In this document: in pieces, positions 1 through 8,951 of the stretch | Numbering within the stretch: position 1 is the first letter of the stretch | Layout: each line of letters opens with the position of its first letter | DNA from: Fibrobacterota bacterium | Lineage (GTDB): Bacteria > Fibrobacterota > Fibrobacteria > UBA11236 > JADFYW01 | NCBI GenBank assembly: GCA_042567505.1 | Contig: JBHPJW010000003.1 | Coordinates: forward strand, 7,071 to 71,070 | Length of the DNA stretch: 64,000 nucleotides | Reading direction: 5' to 3' | The notes under the pieces: model-generated | Database searches by the model: none | The model's input: the letters and a program-made list of their open reading frames with translations, nothing else | What the model was told of the DNA's origin: nothing | Made by a program: the position numbers and the translations under genes

Positions 1-602
1 TCCAGGGAATCGGTATAGAAATAACCCCGGACAGCCAGCACCTCATCCAGCCAGGGAATGATCATCCTGCAGGCGAGACACGCGTACTGACCGCTGGTGT
101 CCCTGACGGCGGCTGCCATGGTGGTGTCCCCGGTCTCCTGATTGACAGCCCTTATGTGTCCGCAGGGTTCGGTAAGACATGCATACCCGCTCCTCTCCAG
201 CCGGTATGTCTCATCACCACTGGGATCTGTTACCATGACTTCGCCAACCTGAACGGGCAGGGGCCGGACTTCAGGATATGGTTCAGTATCGCAATAAGGA
301 ACTTCCACCTGAAATACCTGGTAAATCTCCGGATAAAGGGGTGGGCTGGAAAAGGAAACCTCTGCGCCTGACGGGCAATCGCAGGCATTTATGGCGCCTT
401 CCACTTCATAACTCAGATAGATGCCGGTGTCGGTTAGGCTTGTATGGAGATTATGATATATAGTACAGCAATTGTGTCCAGGGTTGGAGAGCTGAAACAC
501 CAGCCAGTCCTGTCCATCAGGGCTTGCCGGAGTTACCGTCAGTTCACCCGCGGCAGACGCAAAAGAAAAAATGCAAAATAAGATACCGGGTACCTTCAGC
601 AT
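1..602 (-). CDS. secreted hypothetical protein, 5' part (gene runs off the left edge)
   Basis: Manual minus-strand translation from the ATG at 602-600 gives MLKVPGILFCIFSFASAAGELTVTPASPDGQDWLVFQLSNPGHNCC... and stays open to position 1. The N-terminus looks like a signal peptide. It is missing from the ORF track only because no stop lies in the window. No family recognised. Confidence 0.45.
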   Translation of the reverse strand, partial: MLKVPGILFCIFSFASAAGELTVTPASPDGQDWLVFQLSNPGHNCCTIYHNLHTSLTDTGIYLSYEVEGAINACDCPSGAEVSFSSPPLYPEIYQVFQVEVPYCDTEPYPEVRPLPVQVGEVMVTDPSGDETYRLERSGYACLTEPCGHIRAVNQETGDTTMAAAVRDTSGQYACLACRMIIPWLDEVLAVRGYFYTDSL

Positions 603-605
603 GAT

Positions 606-615
606 CCCCCCCCCC
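606..615. repeat. C10 homopolymer (G10 on the minus strand) 3 nt upstream of the ATG at 602, with a T9 run at 633-641
   Basis: Read directly: atgatCCCCCCCCCCtttttc. On the minus strand this reads AAAAAGGGGGGGGGGatcATG. Confidence 0.9.
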
Positions 616-838
616 TTTTTCTTTAGTATATATTTTTTTTTAAGAAAATGGGGGGAAAATGGCTTCCGGAGGACGGCAACAACTGATGAGAACCGGAGCG
701 CAGCAGAAGTGCTTCCGGGTATTCTTTCAAGAAATGGAGAGGATCAGCAGTATATCCGCATGAGTGCCATTTCATGCCGGTTTTCGGGCCTTATTTTGAA
801 ACAAGACTTTGGGCGGAAGCCGGCCTGTCCAAGGCCGG

Positions 839-1402
839 TCACCAGGAAACTGAGGAGAGGATCTGCTCTTTGACCCTTTGAGCGGCGCCCCTGTCCGTCA
901 GAATCTCCAGAAGGGTAAAACCAAAGGCCTCGGCGCATCCCGCCCCCCGGGAGGTAATTATCCTGCCGTCAACCACGACTCTGTCCTCACTATATGTTTT
1001 TATGTGCGGCACCAGGTCTGGTTTCACCGAGGGATAGGATGTGATACAGGTTCCGGATAAAATACCTGCCAGGGCTAGTACTTGAGGTCCCGCACAGATG
1101 GCGGCAACCCATTTGTCCCCGTCTATAAATGCCATGAGGAGTTCCAGCACCCGCGGATCGGCTTTCAGGTTGTCCACCCCGGGCTGGCCCCCGGGAACGA
1201 TAACCATGTCATACTCCCCGGCGTGGCATTCGGCCAGGGTTTTTTCAGCCAGGAGCTTGATTTGATGGCAGCCTTCCACGGCCCTGTCCGGACCAATGGC
1301 CGCGGTCTCTACCGTCACTCCCCCGCGCCGTAAAATGTCCAGGGGGATGACCGTTTCCATTTCCTCAAATCCCTGCGCCAGCAGAAGAATCACTTTTTTC
1401 AT
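839..1402 (-). CDS. DJ-1/PfpI family protein
   Basis: MKKVILLLAQGFEEMETVIPLDILRRGG... with the nucleophile-elbow motif AAICAGPQVLA typical of DJ-1/YajL. The start is moved to the MKK codon at 1402, 9 codons inside the tracked ORF. Confidence 0.85.
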   Translation of the reverse strand: MKKVILLLAQGFEEMETVIPLDILRRGGVTVETAAIGPDRAVEGCHQIKLLAEKTLAECHAGEYDMVIVPGGQPGVDNLKADPRVLELLMAFIDGDKWVAAICAGPQVLALAGILSGTCITSYPSVKPDLVPHIKTYSEDRVVVDGRIITSRGAGCAEAFGFTLLEILTDRGAAQRVKEQILSSVSW

Positions 1403-1547
1403 ATCAAGTCTCCGTGGATTAAGTCCCATGCTCTTTATTCAGAAATAATGGTAAAACCTGTCCATAAGGTAATCTCAAAAGGGAGGATAAGTCCAGGGCT
1501 AAAAAAATAAAGGGCCGGAGAATGGGCGGAAGAGGGCGGATCGGGAA

Positions 1548-2012
1548 TCAGGCGATGTGGCGCTTGATGTGCTGGAATTTCTCCGTGGTTTTCTTTTGTC
1601 TTTTCTTGAAGAAATTTTCAATCTGGTAACCTATCACCAGGGTGTCCATGATTTTTCCCAGTGGCCCCAGGCCGACTTCATATTCAATTTCATCCTGGAT
1701 AATGGTTTTTCTGCCGTGAGCCTCAAACCTGTGCCTGTGTATCCATTTCTTAAAAGGGCCTTCCACCAGGGAATCCTCAAAAAACGTATAGGGCTCGAAC
1801 CTGCTGATCTTGGACGTCCAGGAAAGCTTAAACAGCCCGTAGCTCAAATCGAAGTTAATGATTTGTCCCTTCCCCAGCATGAGTTTGGGGGAATGAAAAT
1901 GAAGAGACGGCATGGTTGGTGAAACAGAAATAATATTGGCCGGTTTGGTAATGAACTGGAAGATCTCTTTTGGAGAGCAATCTATGGAAGTGGATTGTGA
2001 TATTACTGACAT
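1548..2012 (-). CDS. SRPBCC (START/cyclase-dehydrase-like) family protein
   Basis: About 154 aa from MSVISQSTSIDCSPKEIFQFITKPANI... with ...GPFKKWIHRHRFEA..., the usual SRPBCC ligand-binding pattern. I take the upstream 52 codons of the tracked ORF to be non-coding. Confidence 0.6.
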   Translation of the reverse strand: MSVISQSTSIDCSPKEIFQFITKPANIISVSPTMPSLHFHSPKLMLGKGQIINFDLSYGLFKLSWTSKISRFEPYTFFEDSLVEGPFKKWIHRHRFEAHGRKTIIQDEIEYEVGLGPLGKIMDTLVIGYQIENFFKKRQKKTTEKFQHIKRHIA

Positions 2013-2208
2013 ATTTTTTTCCGGTTTTGAGGAAAAAGGATTTTTCTGCCTATAAAATAAATTAGAAACCCATCGCAAGGGAATTACTTTCTCTCTATTT
2101 CTTAATATCTTTTCTATTTTTTCAGATCCGGTCGGCGCCGTTATTCGACCTCTGCCGGGGATTTTCAAGCTTGCATTTTTCGTATTAAAGTAATTGCCAT
2201 TAAAAAAT

Positions 2209-3111
2209 ATGAAAAACTCCGCCCAGAAACTCCTGCTCTATGGCAGCAGCCCGGGCCTGCTCGAAATGCTGGAGAACATCGCCGGTGACCTCGGGTTTTC
2301 CGTTCTTCACTCCGGACGGAAAGAGGAAGTTTTTAAGGTCTTGTCCAGACAGGATGTTTTCACCCTGATATTTATCACCGAGACGGAAGGGAACGGGTTG
2401 TTTGACTTTGTCAAACAGGTGAATCAGGCTTATTCCAACCTTCCCATCATACCGGTCCTGGGCCAGAACCAGAGAGAGAAGATAATCGGCCTGTTGAAGG
2501 CGGGCGCCTGGTTATGTTTTGAACAACCTGTGTACGCCGAGGAACTGACCTATTATTTAAAAAAGATGATAGAGGAACGGTTTGAGGCCTATAATCCGTT
2601 TGCCGTCAGATACGAAGAAAGAACTGTTGTGATCCCCAACGATTTTTCTCTGGTCATGCAGGCGGTAAAAAACGTGGTATATAACAGCCTTCCCGCGGAG
2701 GAAAAGAATAAATATCAGTTTGTCCTGGGATTAAATGAGATAGTGAATAACGCCATTGAGCACGGGAACCTCGGAATCAGTTTTGAGGAGAAGAACGCGG
2801 CCTTAAAGGACTCCGCCTTTTTTAACATGGCTTCAGAACGGGCCGCGCGCCAGCCATATAGAAGCCGGGTAGTCACTATTAAGGTCAAGGTTCTTTCTTC
2901 GGCCAGCCGCGTGGAATACTCTGTCCATGACGAGGGAGATGGCTTTGACTGGAAACAGCTGCCGGATCCCAAGACCAAAGTGAACGTACTGAAAGCAAAC
3001 GGCAGGGGCGTCATGATCGCAAAAAAGGTTTTTCATGACGTGGCATTTAATTCAAAAGGCAACAAAGTTACTTTAGTGTATCAGAGCGGGCAGGCGGGTG
3101 GAATTCATTAG
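2209..3111 (+). CDS. pseudo-receiver domain fused to an RsbW/SpoIIAB-like HATPase (anti-sigma-type Ser kinase)
   Basis: The C-terminal half has N-box NEIVNNAIEHGN, G1 HDEGDGFD and G2 GRGVMIAKK, with no DHp/H-box. The N-terminal half has a CheY-like fold pattern but lacks the acidic pocket and the phospho-acceptor Asp (LLLYGSSPG, TLIFITETEG). An ATG at 2209 or a TTG at 2194 could be the start. Confidence 0.6.
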   Translation: MKNSAQKLLLYGSSPGLLEMLENIAGDLGFSVLHSGRKEEVFKVLSRQDVFTLIFITETEGNGLFDFVKQVNQAYSNLPIIPVLGQNQREKIIGLLKAGAWLCFEQPVYAEELTYYLKKMIEERFEAYNPFAVRYEERTVVIPNDFSLVMQAVKNVVYNSLPAEEKNKYQFVLGLNEIVNNAIEHGNLGISFEEKNAALKDSAFFNMASERAARQPYRSRVVTIKVKVLSSASRVEYSVHDEGDGFDWKQLPDPKTKVNVLKANGRGVMIAKKVFHDVAFNSKGNKVTLVYQSGQAGGIH

Positions 3112-3164
3112 TTTCGGCAGGACTTCTGACTTCCCGGCGGATTCTGCCGAAACGATTTAATATC

Positions 3165-4949
3165 ATGTCATACATTGTGTTAGCGCGGAAGTGGAGGCCC
3201 CAGAGGTTTGATGAACTGGTGGGCCAGGATCATATCGCCCAGACCCTCACCAACGCTATCTCTTCGGATAAAATCTGCCATGGATACCTGTTTACCGGTA
3301 CCAGGGGCATCGGCAAGACTTCCGCGGCGCGGATTTTAACCAAAGCCCTTAACTGCGAAAAGGGCCCGACCCCGGAGCCATGCGGGACCTGCGACAGCTG
3401 TAAAGCCATTACTTCCGGAAACTCCATGGATGTTCTGGAGATAGACGGCGCTTCCAACCGGGGGGTGGATGATATCCGGGAATTGAGGGAACAGGTAAAA
3501 TACGCCCCCATGCAGGGTAAATTCAAGGTGTACATTATTGATGAAGTGCATATGCTTACCAAGGAAGCCTTCAACGCTCTGTTGAAAACCCTGGAAGAAC
3601 CTCCGCCGAACGTAGTGTTTATTTTTGCCACCACGGAAATTAGAAAGGTTCCCCAGACCATCCAGTCCAGGGTGCAGCGCTTTGATTTTAAACGGATTTC
3701 CGAAGACAAGATAAGGGAACGGCTGGAATTCATCTGCTCCCGGGAAAAAATAAATCCCGGACCCGAAGCTCTTGAGATATTATCGGTCAGGGCCGGGGGC
3801 AGCATGCGCGACGCCTTGAGCTTGTTCGATCAGGTGTATGCTTTTTCCGGACAAAAGCTCACGACCGAAGCGGTGCGCAAAGTATTGGGCATTCCGCCTG
3901 ATGAGCTCTATGATGAATTGTTCACAGCCATTAAGGAGCAGGACAAGAGGGCCTGTTTTTTGATCCTCGATAAGTTTTATGACCGGGGTATTGAGATTTT
4001 GGAACTCCTCAACGGATTTGGCCAATACCTGCGCAACGTGCTGTACACCAAGGTGCCGGAGATGCCGCTTTCGTCTCTGGGTATGAGCGAATCGCGTTGC
4101 GAACGTCTGAGGACCATGGGGGACGGCTTACAGGATGGCGACATCTTGCGCTACGGTAAAGTGGTATCAGACCTGCTGTTTGATTTAAGGTCCGCGCCTA
4201 ATCCAAGACTTACCCTGGAAATGGGATTGGCCAGAATGGCAAGTCTGGACCGGGTGGTCCATATATCCCGGCTTTTAAATGAAAACCCATCTGTTCGGGA
4301 AGAGACCTTAAAAAAAAAAACCGTCTCAGCTCCAAAAAACCAGGTAATCCCTGAGTCCGGTGCTGCCCCGCCAGAAGTGGGAACATCGGAAGAAGAGCCT
4401 CCGATTCCCCCTCCACCTCCACCTCCACCGCCTCCGGAACCGTCCCGGAATCCAGGCGGCATGGATGATGAAGGCCTGGAATCAGTTTCTCCCACCGGAA
4501 ATGATAATGCTGCCGGATCGGTCACAAGGCTGAACTCGCTTTCGCAACTGATTGATGTGTGGCCTGATTTGATATCGGAGATCATGGAAGAAAATCCCAT
4601 GCTGGCCGGCCGGTTCCTGGATACCTTTATTGAAATCGAGGACATCAGTCCTCCGCTTTTAAAAGTTGTTTTTAAGAAGGAGCCTCAGTTTGCTCTGGTA
4701 AGCCAGGACAAGTCCTGCCAGCAGATAATCAGGGGGATAATCAATAAAAAGCTGGAAAAAAGCCAGGCCTTTCAATTGGAAGTCGAGTTGAGGCAGGATC
4801 CTCAGATGGCGGAAACAGAAGCCATTCCGGCAGAACTTTCAACCGGCCGGGGACGGGACAGCAGGGTTCTGGATGAAGATGAGTTGGTCCGCCGTGAACC
4901 CATTATCGGACATGTGCTGAATCTCTTTGATGGAAAACTGGTGGATTAG
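3165..4949 (+). CDS. dnaX: DNA polymerase III subunit gamma/tau
   Basis: WRPQRFDELVGQDHI, Walker A GTRGIGKTS, a Zn module CGTCDSC and SRVQRF. A Pro-rich linker (PPIPPPPPPPPPPEP) separates the clamp-loader part from the tau-specific C-terminus. Confidence 0.95.
   Translation: MSYIVLARKWRPQRFDELVGQDHIAQTLTNAISSDKICHGYLFTGTRGIGKTSAARILTKALNCEKGPTPEPCGTCDSCKAITSGNSMDVLEIDGASNRGVDDIRELREQVKYAPMQGKFKVYIIDEVHMLTKEAFNALLKTLEEPPPNVVFIFATTEIRKVPQTIQSRVQRFDFKRISEDKIRERLEFICSREKINPGPEALEILSVRAGGSMRDALSLFDQVYAFSGQKLTTEAVRKVLGIPPDELYDELFTAIKEQDKRACFLILDKFYDRGIEILELLNGFGQYLRNVLYTKVPEMPLSSLGMSESRCERLRTMGDGLQDGDILRYGKVVSDLLFDLRSAPNPRLTLEMGLARMASLDRVVHISRLLNENPSVREETLKKKTVSAPKNQVIPESGAAPPEVGTSEEEPPIPPPPPPPPPPEPSRNPGGMDDEGLESVSPTGNDNAAGSVTRLNSLSQLIDVWPDLISEIMEENPMLAGRFLDTFIEIEDISPPLLKVVFKKEPQFALVSQDKSCQQIIRGIINKKLEKSQAFQLEVELRQDPQMAETEAIPAELSTGRGRDSRVLDEDELVRREPIIGHVLNLFDGKLVD
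4310..4320 (+). promoter_or_regulatory. A11 slippery run inside dnaX (candidate gamma/tau recoding site)
   Basis: The sequence is TTA AAA AAA AAA ACC, covering codons 382-386. The -1 frame stops at 4352-4354 (TGA) and the +1 frame stops at 4345-4347 (TAA). I read both frames by hand. Confidence 0.5.
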
Positions 4950-5040
4950 GTTTTTGAATTCCGGATCAGTATTTAATAGATAGTTGATATTAACAATGGC
5001 TACTATTTTTTAGCAAGGTTTTAAAAGAAGGATAACTGTT

Positions 5041-5346
5041 ATGAACATGCAGAAGATGATGAAGAACGTGCAGAAACTGCAGGGACAGATGAACCGCATG
5101 CAGTCCGAATTGGAGGAAAAGGTTTTTGAGGCCGAGGCGGGGGGAGGAATGGTGAATGTGAAGATGAATGGAAAGTACGATCTCCGGGGCATTCAGATTG
5201 ATCCTGAAGTGGTTGACCCGGATGATGTTGAGGCCCTTGAGGACCTGATTCTGGCTGCTTTCAGCAATGTCAAGACCCAGATAGATACTGAGTCCCAGCA
5301 GAAAATGGGAGGGTTGACCCAGGGACTGAAGATTCCCGGGATGTAG
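5041..5346 (+). CDS. ybaB: YbaB/EbfC family nucleoid-associated protein
   Basis: 101 aa: MNMQKMMKNVQKLQGQMNRMQSELEE...GGGMVNVKMNG...IDPEVVDPDDVEALEDLI. It shows the conserved synteny directly after dnaX. Confidence 0.9.
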   Translation: MNMQKMMKNVQKLQGQMNRMQSELEEKVFEAEAGGGMVNVKMNGKYDLRGIQIDPEVVDPDDVEALEDLILAAFSNVKTQIDTESQQKMGGLTQGLKIPGM

Positions 5347-5486
5347 GACAGAGACAATAGATATCACTTCGATATTCGATAGTTATGTATTCCGCATAGG
5401 TAAATGTTCGCTATGATGGGCTGCAGGGTGTACCTGATACACTTACTGGGACGACAACGATAAAATAAGCACTACATTATCTACCT

Positions 5487-5753
5487 ATGCAGAACCAAAA
5501 ATCTTCAAACGCGAAAACAAACAATCCGGTTCAGGAGTTGGACCTGACGGGAGTGGAATGTCCTCTTAATTATGTGAAAATCAAGGTGAGGCTGGCGAAA
5601 CTGGAAGTGGGAGAACGGATAATGGCAATTATTGAAGGGGAAGAGTCCCTGAAAAGCGTATCGACTTCTCTGGATATGGATGGCCAGAAGATTGTCTCCA
5701 TGGACCCGATTGGAAACGAAAAACACGCGCTGATTGTGGAAAAGCGACAATAG
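5487..5753 (+). CDS. TusA/SirA-like sulfurtransferase family protein
   Basis: 88 aa. LDLTGVECPLNYVKIKVRLAKLEVGE matches the DxxGxxCPxP-type active-site loop and the size of the TusA family. Confidence 0.7.
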   Translation: MQNQKSSNAKTNNPVQELDLTGVECPLNYVKIKVRLAKLEVGERIMAIIEGEESLKSVSTSLDMDGQKIVSMDPIGNEKHALIVEKRQ

Positions 5754-5759
5754 GTAATC

Positions 5760-6722
5760 ATGACGAGGATCACTGTGGGAAGCAGGGGGAGCCTGCTGGC
5801 GGTCACTCAGACTGAGTGGGTTATAAACAGGCTGCGAAAAGCGCATCCAAACCTTGAGTTGGACCACAAGATCATTAAAACCACCGGAGATCTGGATCAG
5901 AAGACCAGGCTGGACAAGCTTGCCGGCATGGGCGTGTTCGTCAAGGAGCTACGCACGGCCCTGCTTAACGGAGGCATAGACTGCGCTGTCCATTCCCTGA
6001 AAGATGTGCCGGAAGAAGAGCCGGAGGGGTTGACTCTGGCCTGCTTCCCGGAAAGAGAAGACGCCCGGGACGTGTTCATTTCCAGAGGCTGCAGGTTTTA
6101 CGAACTGTCCGCCGGAAGCAGGGTGGGGACGGGCTCCCCAAGGCGGGTACTGCAGCTTGAGAAAATCAGGCCTGATTTAAAATATGTGTCTCTGCGAGGC
6201 AATCTGGACACCAGAATACGCAAAGTCCGGGAGGGAAAGTTGGACGGCATTGTGGTGGCGGCCGCAGGGGTAAAAAGGCTGAACCGGGCGGAAGAAATTA
6301 TCCATTACTTTTCCTTTGAGCAGATGATACCCGCCATTGGCCAGGGGGCTTTGACCATTGAGTGCCGCAGCGCGGATACGCAGAGCCTAAGGACTGTGAA
6401 AATCATCAATGATGACCTTACCGAGGGCGCGGTGAGGCTGGAACGGGAATTCATGAACAGGGTGGGAGGGGGGTGCAAGGCACCCATGGCCAGTCATGTC
6501 TACTTTACCGGCGGGGGCCTTCGCATGATGGCCATACTGGGAGATCTGAAGAAAAAAAAATGGAGCAGGAGTGAAAGGACAGCCGGCCTGGATGGAACAG
6601 AAGAACTGGTAGAGGAGATAAGCGGAAACATCATTGAAGATTGCAGGGACCGCGGCATTCCCCTTCCCAGGGACCTTCCGGAAAACGCGCTGTTACAAGG
6701 AACCGATTCGATTGACGCCTGA
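5760..6722 (+). CDS. hemC: hydroxymethylbilane synthase (porphobilinogen deaminase)
   Basis: ITVGSRGSLLAVTQTEWV, KIIKTTGD, AVHSLKDVP and LRGNLDTR are characteristic HemC blocks. Confidence 0.95.
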   Translation: MTRITVGSRGSLLAVTQTEWVINRLRKAHPNLELDHKIIKTTGDLDQKTRLDKLAGMGVFVKELRTALLNGGIDCAVHSLKDVPEEEPEGLTLACFPEREDARDVFISRGCRFYELSAGSRVGTGSPRRVLQLEKIRPDLKYVSLRGNLDTRIRKVREGKLDGIVVAAAGVKRLNRAEEIIHYFSFEQMIPAIGQGALTIECRSADTQSLRTVKIINDDLTEGAVRLEREFMNRVGGGCKAPMASHVYFTGGGLRMMAILGDLKKKKWSRSERTAGLDGTEELVEEISGNIIEDCRDRGIPLPRDLPENALLQGTDSIDA

Positions 6723-6723
6723 G

Positions 6724-7476
6724 GTGACCATAGTAAATACCAGGCCGGAAGGCCGGTCGGCCGGCCTCACCCTGTTGCTCCGGCAAGCTGGTTTTAAGAG
6801 CATTGAAATTCCCATGATCGCCATCACACCGTTTGAAGGCGAGGATGTTTCAAGAGTCCCTCACGAGACCTATAACGGAGTTTTTTTTTCCAGTATCAAC
6901 GGAACAAATATGTTCCTCAGCCGGTTGGCGGAAGATAAGATGAAACCATGGCTGGCGAAGCCGGTTTATACTCTGAGCCCACATGTGGCGGAGAAGTGGA
7001 TAGGCCATGGGGGACCGAAGGGGTTTTGTTCAAAGAGAGGTTCTCTTCGGGGGTTTCTGGATGAATATACATCTCTGGAGAACAAACCGGGACAGGTATG
7101 GCTGCATCCCTGTTCCCTGATGACCCGTTTGAACGTGCAGCAGTTCCGGGAAGCGGGAATTGCCATGCGTAACCTTCCCGTCTATGTTCCCGCGCTGCCT
7201 GAGGATTCCGGGGAATTGCTGCGGGAGAAACTGCCCGGGGCACACGGCGTGATATTTACCTCGGGTTCGGCAGTGGACAACTTTTTCAATTTTTTGATGA
7301 GGAGCGAAAAGGATAAAATTTCCGATATCATCAAAGCGAAGGCGTTCTTTGCGCTCGGTCCGTCAGCTTCTGAGGCTCTGGAGCGCAATGGAGTCTCAAA
7401 CGCGCATCAGGCGGAGAGACCGAAAAATGACAGTCTCATTGAAACGGTTAAAACTTACTATGGAGAAGGAACATGA
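6724..7476 (+). CDS. hemD: uroporphyrinogen-III synthase
   Basis: (M)TIVNTRPEGRSAGLTLLLRQAGF... and ...GVIFTSGSAVDNFF are HemD-like, and the gene sits between hemC and hemL. The tracked ORF starts at 6634 inside hemC. I prefer the in-frame GTG at 6724, 1 nt after the hemC stop, but the start is uncertain. Confidence 0.8.
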   Translation: MTIVNTRPEGRSAGLTLLLRQAGFKSIEIPMIAITPFEGEDVSRVPHETYNGVFFSSINGTNMFLSRLAEDKMKPWLAKPVYTLSPHVAEKWIGHGGPKGFCSKRGSLRGFLDEYTSLENKPGQVWLHPCSLMTRLNVQQFREAGIAMRNLPVYVPALPEDSGELLREKLPGAHGVIFTSGSAVDNFFNFLMRSEKDKISDIIKAKAFFALGPSASEALERNGVSNAHQAERPKNDSLIETVKTYYGEGT

Positions 7477-8750
7477 CGGAACAGATGTTTGAAAAAGCAA
7501 AAATGTTGATTCCGGGCGGAGTTAATTCTCCGGTCAGGGCCTTTGCATCAGTGGGCAGGGACCCGGTCTTTATCGCTTCTGCCGGGGGGCCTTATGTTTA
7601 TGATAACCAGGGCAAAGAATACATAGATTATGTCGGTTCCTGGGGCCCGATGATACTGGGCCATAATCATCCCGCCGTGCGCGAGGCGGTTATCAAGGCG
7701 GCGGAGAAGGGAACCAGTTTTGGCGCCTGCACCCAAGCGGAAGTGGAATTCGCCGACATGATTTGCGGGATCATGGATTCCATACAGATGGTACGGCTGG
7801 TGAATTCCGGTACTGAAGCCACTATGAGCGCTGTCAGGCTGGCCAGGGGGGTCACGGGAAAGGACCTTATTATTAAGTTCCGCGGGTGCTATCATGGGCA
7901 TGGAGACAGTTTTCTGATTGAGGCCGGTTCCGGGGCGCTGACTTTTGGCCAACCCTCCAGCCCGGGGGTGACCAAGGGCACGGCCCAGGGGACCCTGCTG
8001 GCGGATTACAATGATCTGGTATCTGTGGAGCGGTTATTCGATAAGTATGGCCAGGACATTTCCTGTGTCATTCTGGAACCTGTGGCCGGAAACATGGGAG
8101 TGGTGCCTGCGGAGCGGGAGTTCCTGACCGGTTTAAGGAAGCTGTGTGATATAAACGGCAGTTTGCTGATTTTTGATGAAGTAATGACCGGTTTCCGGGT
8201 GGGCTTGCAAGGGGCTCAGGGACTTTATGGCATCAGTCCCGATCTGACCGCCATGGGAAAAGTGATTGGCGGGGGCCTTCCGGTGGGCGCTTATGGCGGC
8301 CGCAGGGAAATCATGGAGCAGTTGAGTCCGGCCGGACCGGTCTATCAAGCCGGCACCCTCTCGGGAAATCCCCTGGCGACGGCCGCGGGAATAGCTGTGC
8401 TCAAGCAACTTCAACTCCCCGGCTTTTACCAAGGCCTTGAAGAGCTGGCGCGAAAGTGGGAAGGGGACCTGCGCGCGGTCCTTGAGGCTTCGGGAATATC
8501 CCATACCATCAACCGGGTGGGGTCCATGATGACGCTTTTCTTCACGGATGGTCCGGTTGGCAACTATGCCGACGCGGTGAAATCAGATACGGAAAAATAT
8601 GCCGGGTGGTTTCGTGCCATGATGGATAATGGCGTTTATCTGGCGCCTTCGCAATTTGAGGCCGGTTTCCTTTCCTCCGCCCATGATGAATCAGTTCTGG
8701 AAAGAACAGCCGAGGCCGCGGCGAAGTCGCTTGAGACGATGAAAAAATGA
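7473..8750 (+). CDS. hemL: glutamate-1-semialdehyde 2,1-aminomutase
   Basis: LIPGGVNSPVRAF, VNSGTEATMSAVRLARG, FDEVMTGFR and GTLSGNP. ATGA start/stop overlap with hemD. Confidence 0.95.
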   Translation: MTEQMFEKAKMLIPGGVNSPVRAFASVGRDPVFIASAGGPYVYDNQGKEYIDYVGSWGPMILGHNHPAVREAVIKAAEKGTSFGACTQAEVEFADMICGIMDSIQMVRLVNSGTEATMSAVRLARGVTGKDLIIKFRGCYHGHGDSFLIEAGSGALTFGQPSSPGVTKGTAQGTLLADYNDLVSVERLFDKYGQDISCVILEPVAGNMGVVPAEREFLTGLRKLCDINGSLLIFDEVMTGFRVGLQGAQGLYGISPDLTAMGKVIGGGLPVGAYGGRREIMEQLSPAGPVYQAGTLSGNPLATAAGIAVLKQLQLPGFYQGLEELARKWEGDLRAVLEASGISHTINRVGSMMTLFFTDGPVGNYADAVKSDTEKYAGWFRAMMDNGVYLAPSQFEAGFLSSAHDESVLERTAEAAAKSLETMKK

Positions 8751-8951
8751 CGTGTTGGAGAGCGAAAATTCATTTGTCCTGAGGTCATCATGGTTGGGGC
8801 CTCATTCCCCGGAGGAAGCACGTCCTTATAAGCAGAAACCGGTAATCAGTTCGGAAAGGGGATTGAAAAAAACAGATTCCGTTCTGCTAAGGGCGCCTGC
8901 CGAGAACTTGAGGTGTCCATGGCAGCTGTCTGCAAGCCCGACTGCCGGCCA

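Noticed and set aside
571-873. 100-aa plus-strand ORF (MQNKIPGTFSMIPPPFFF...), and ORFs 156..371 and 278..463
   Set aside because: The first reads through the C10/T-run promoter region of the minus-strand gene, and the PPPFFF stretch comes from the homopolymers. The other two lie antisense to the open minus-strand frame 1-602, which has a proper signal peptide.
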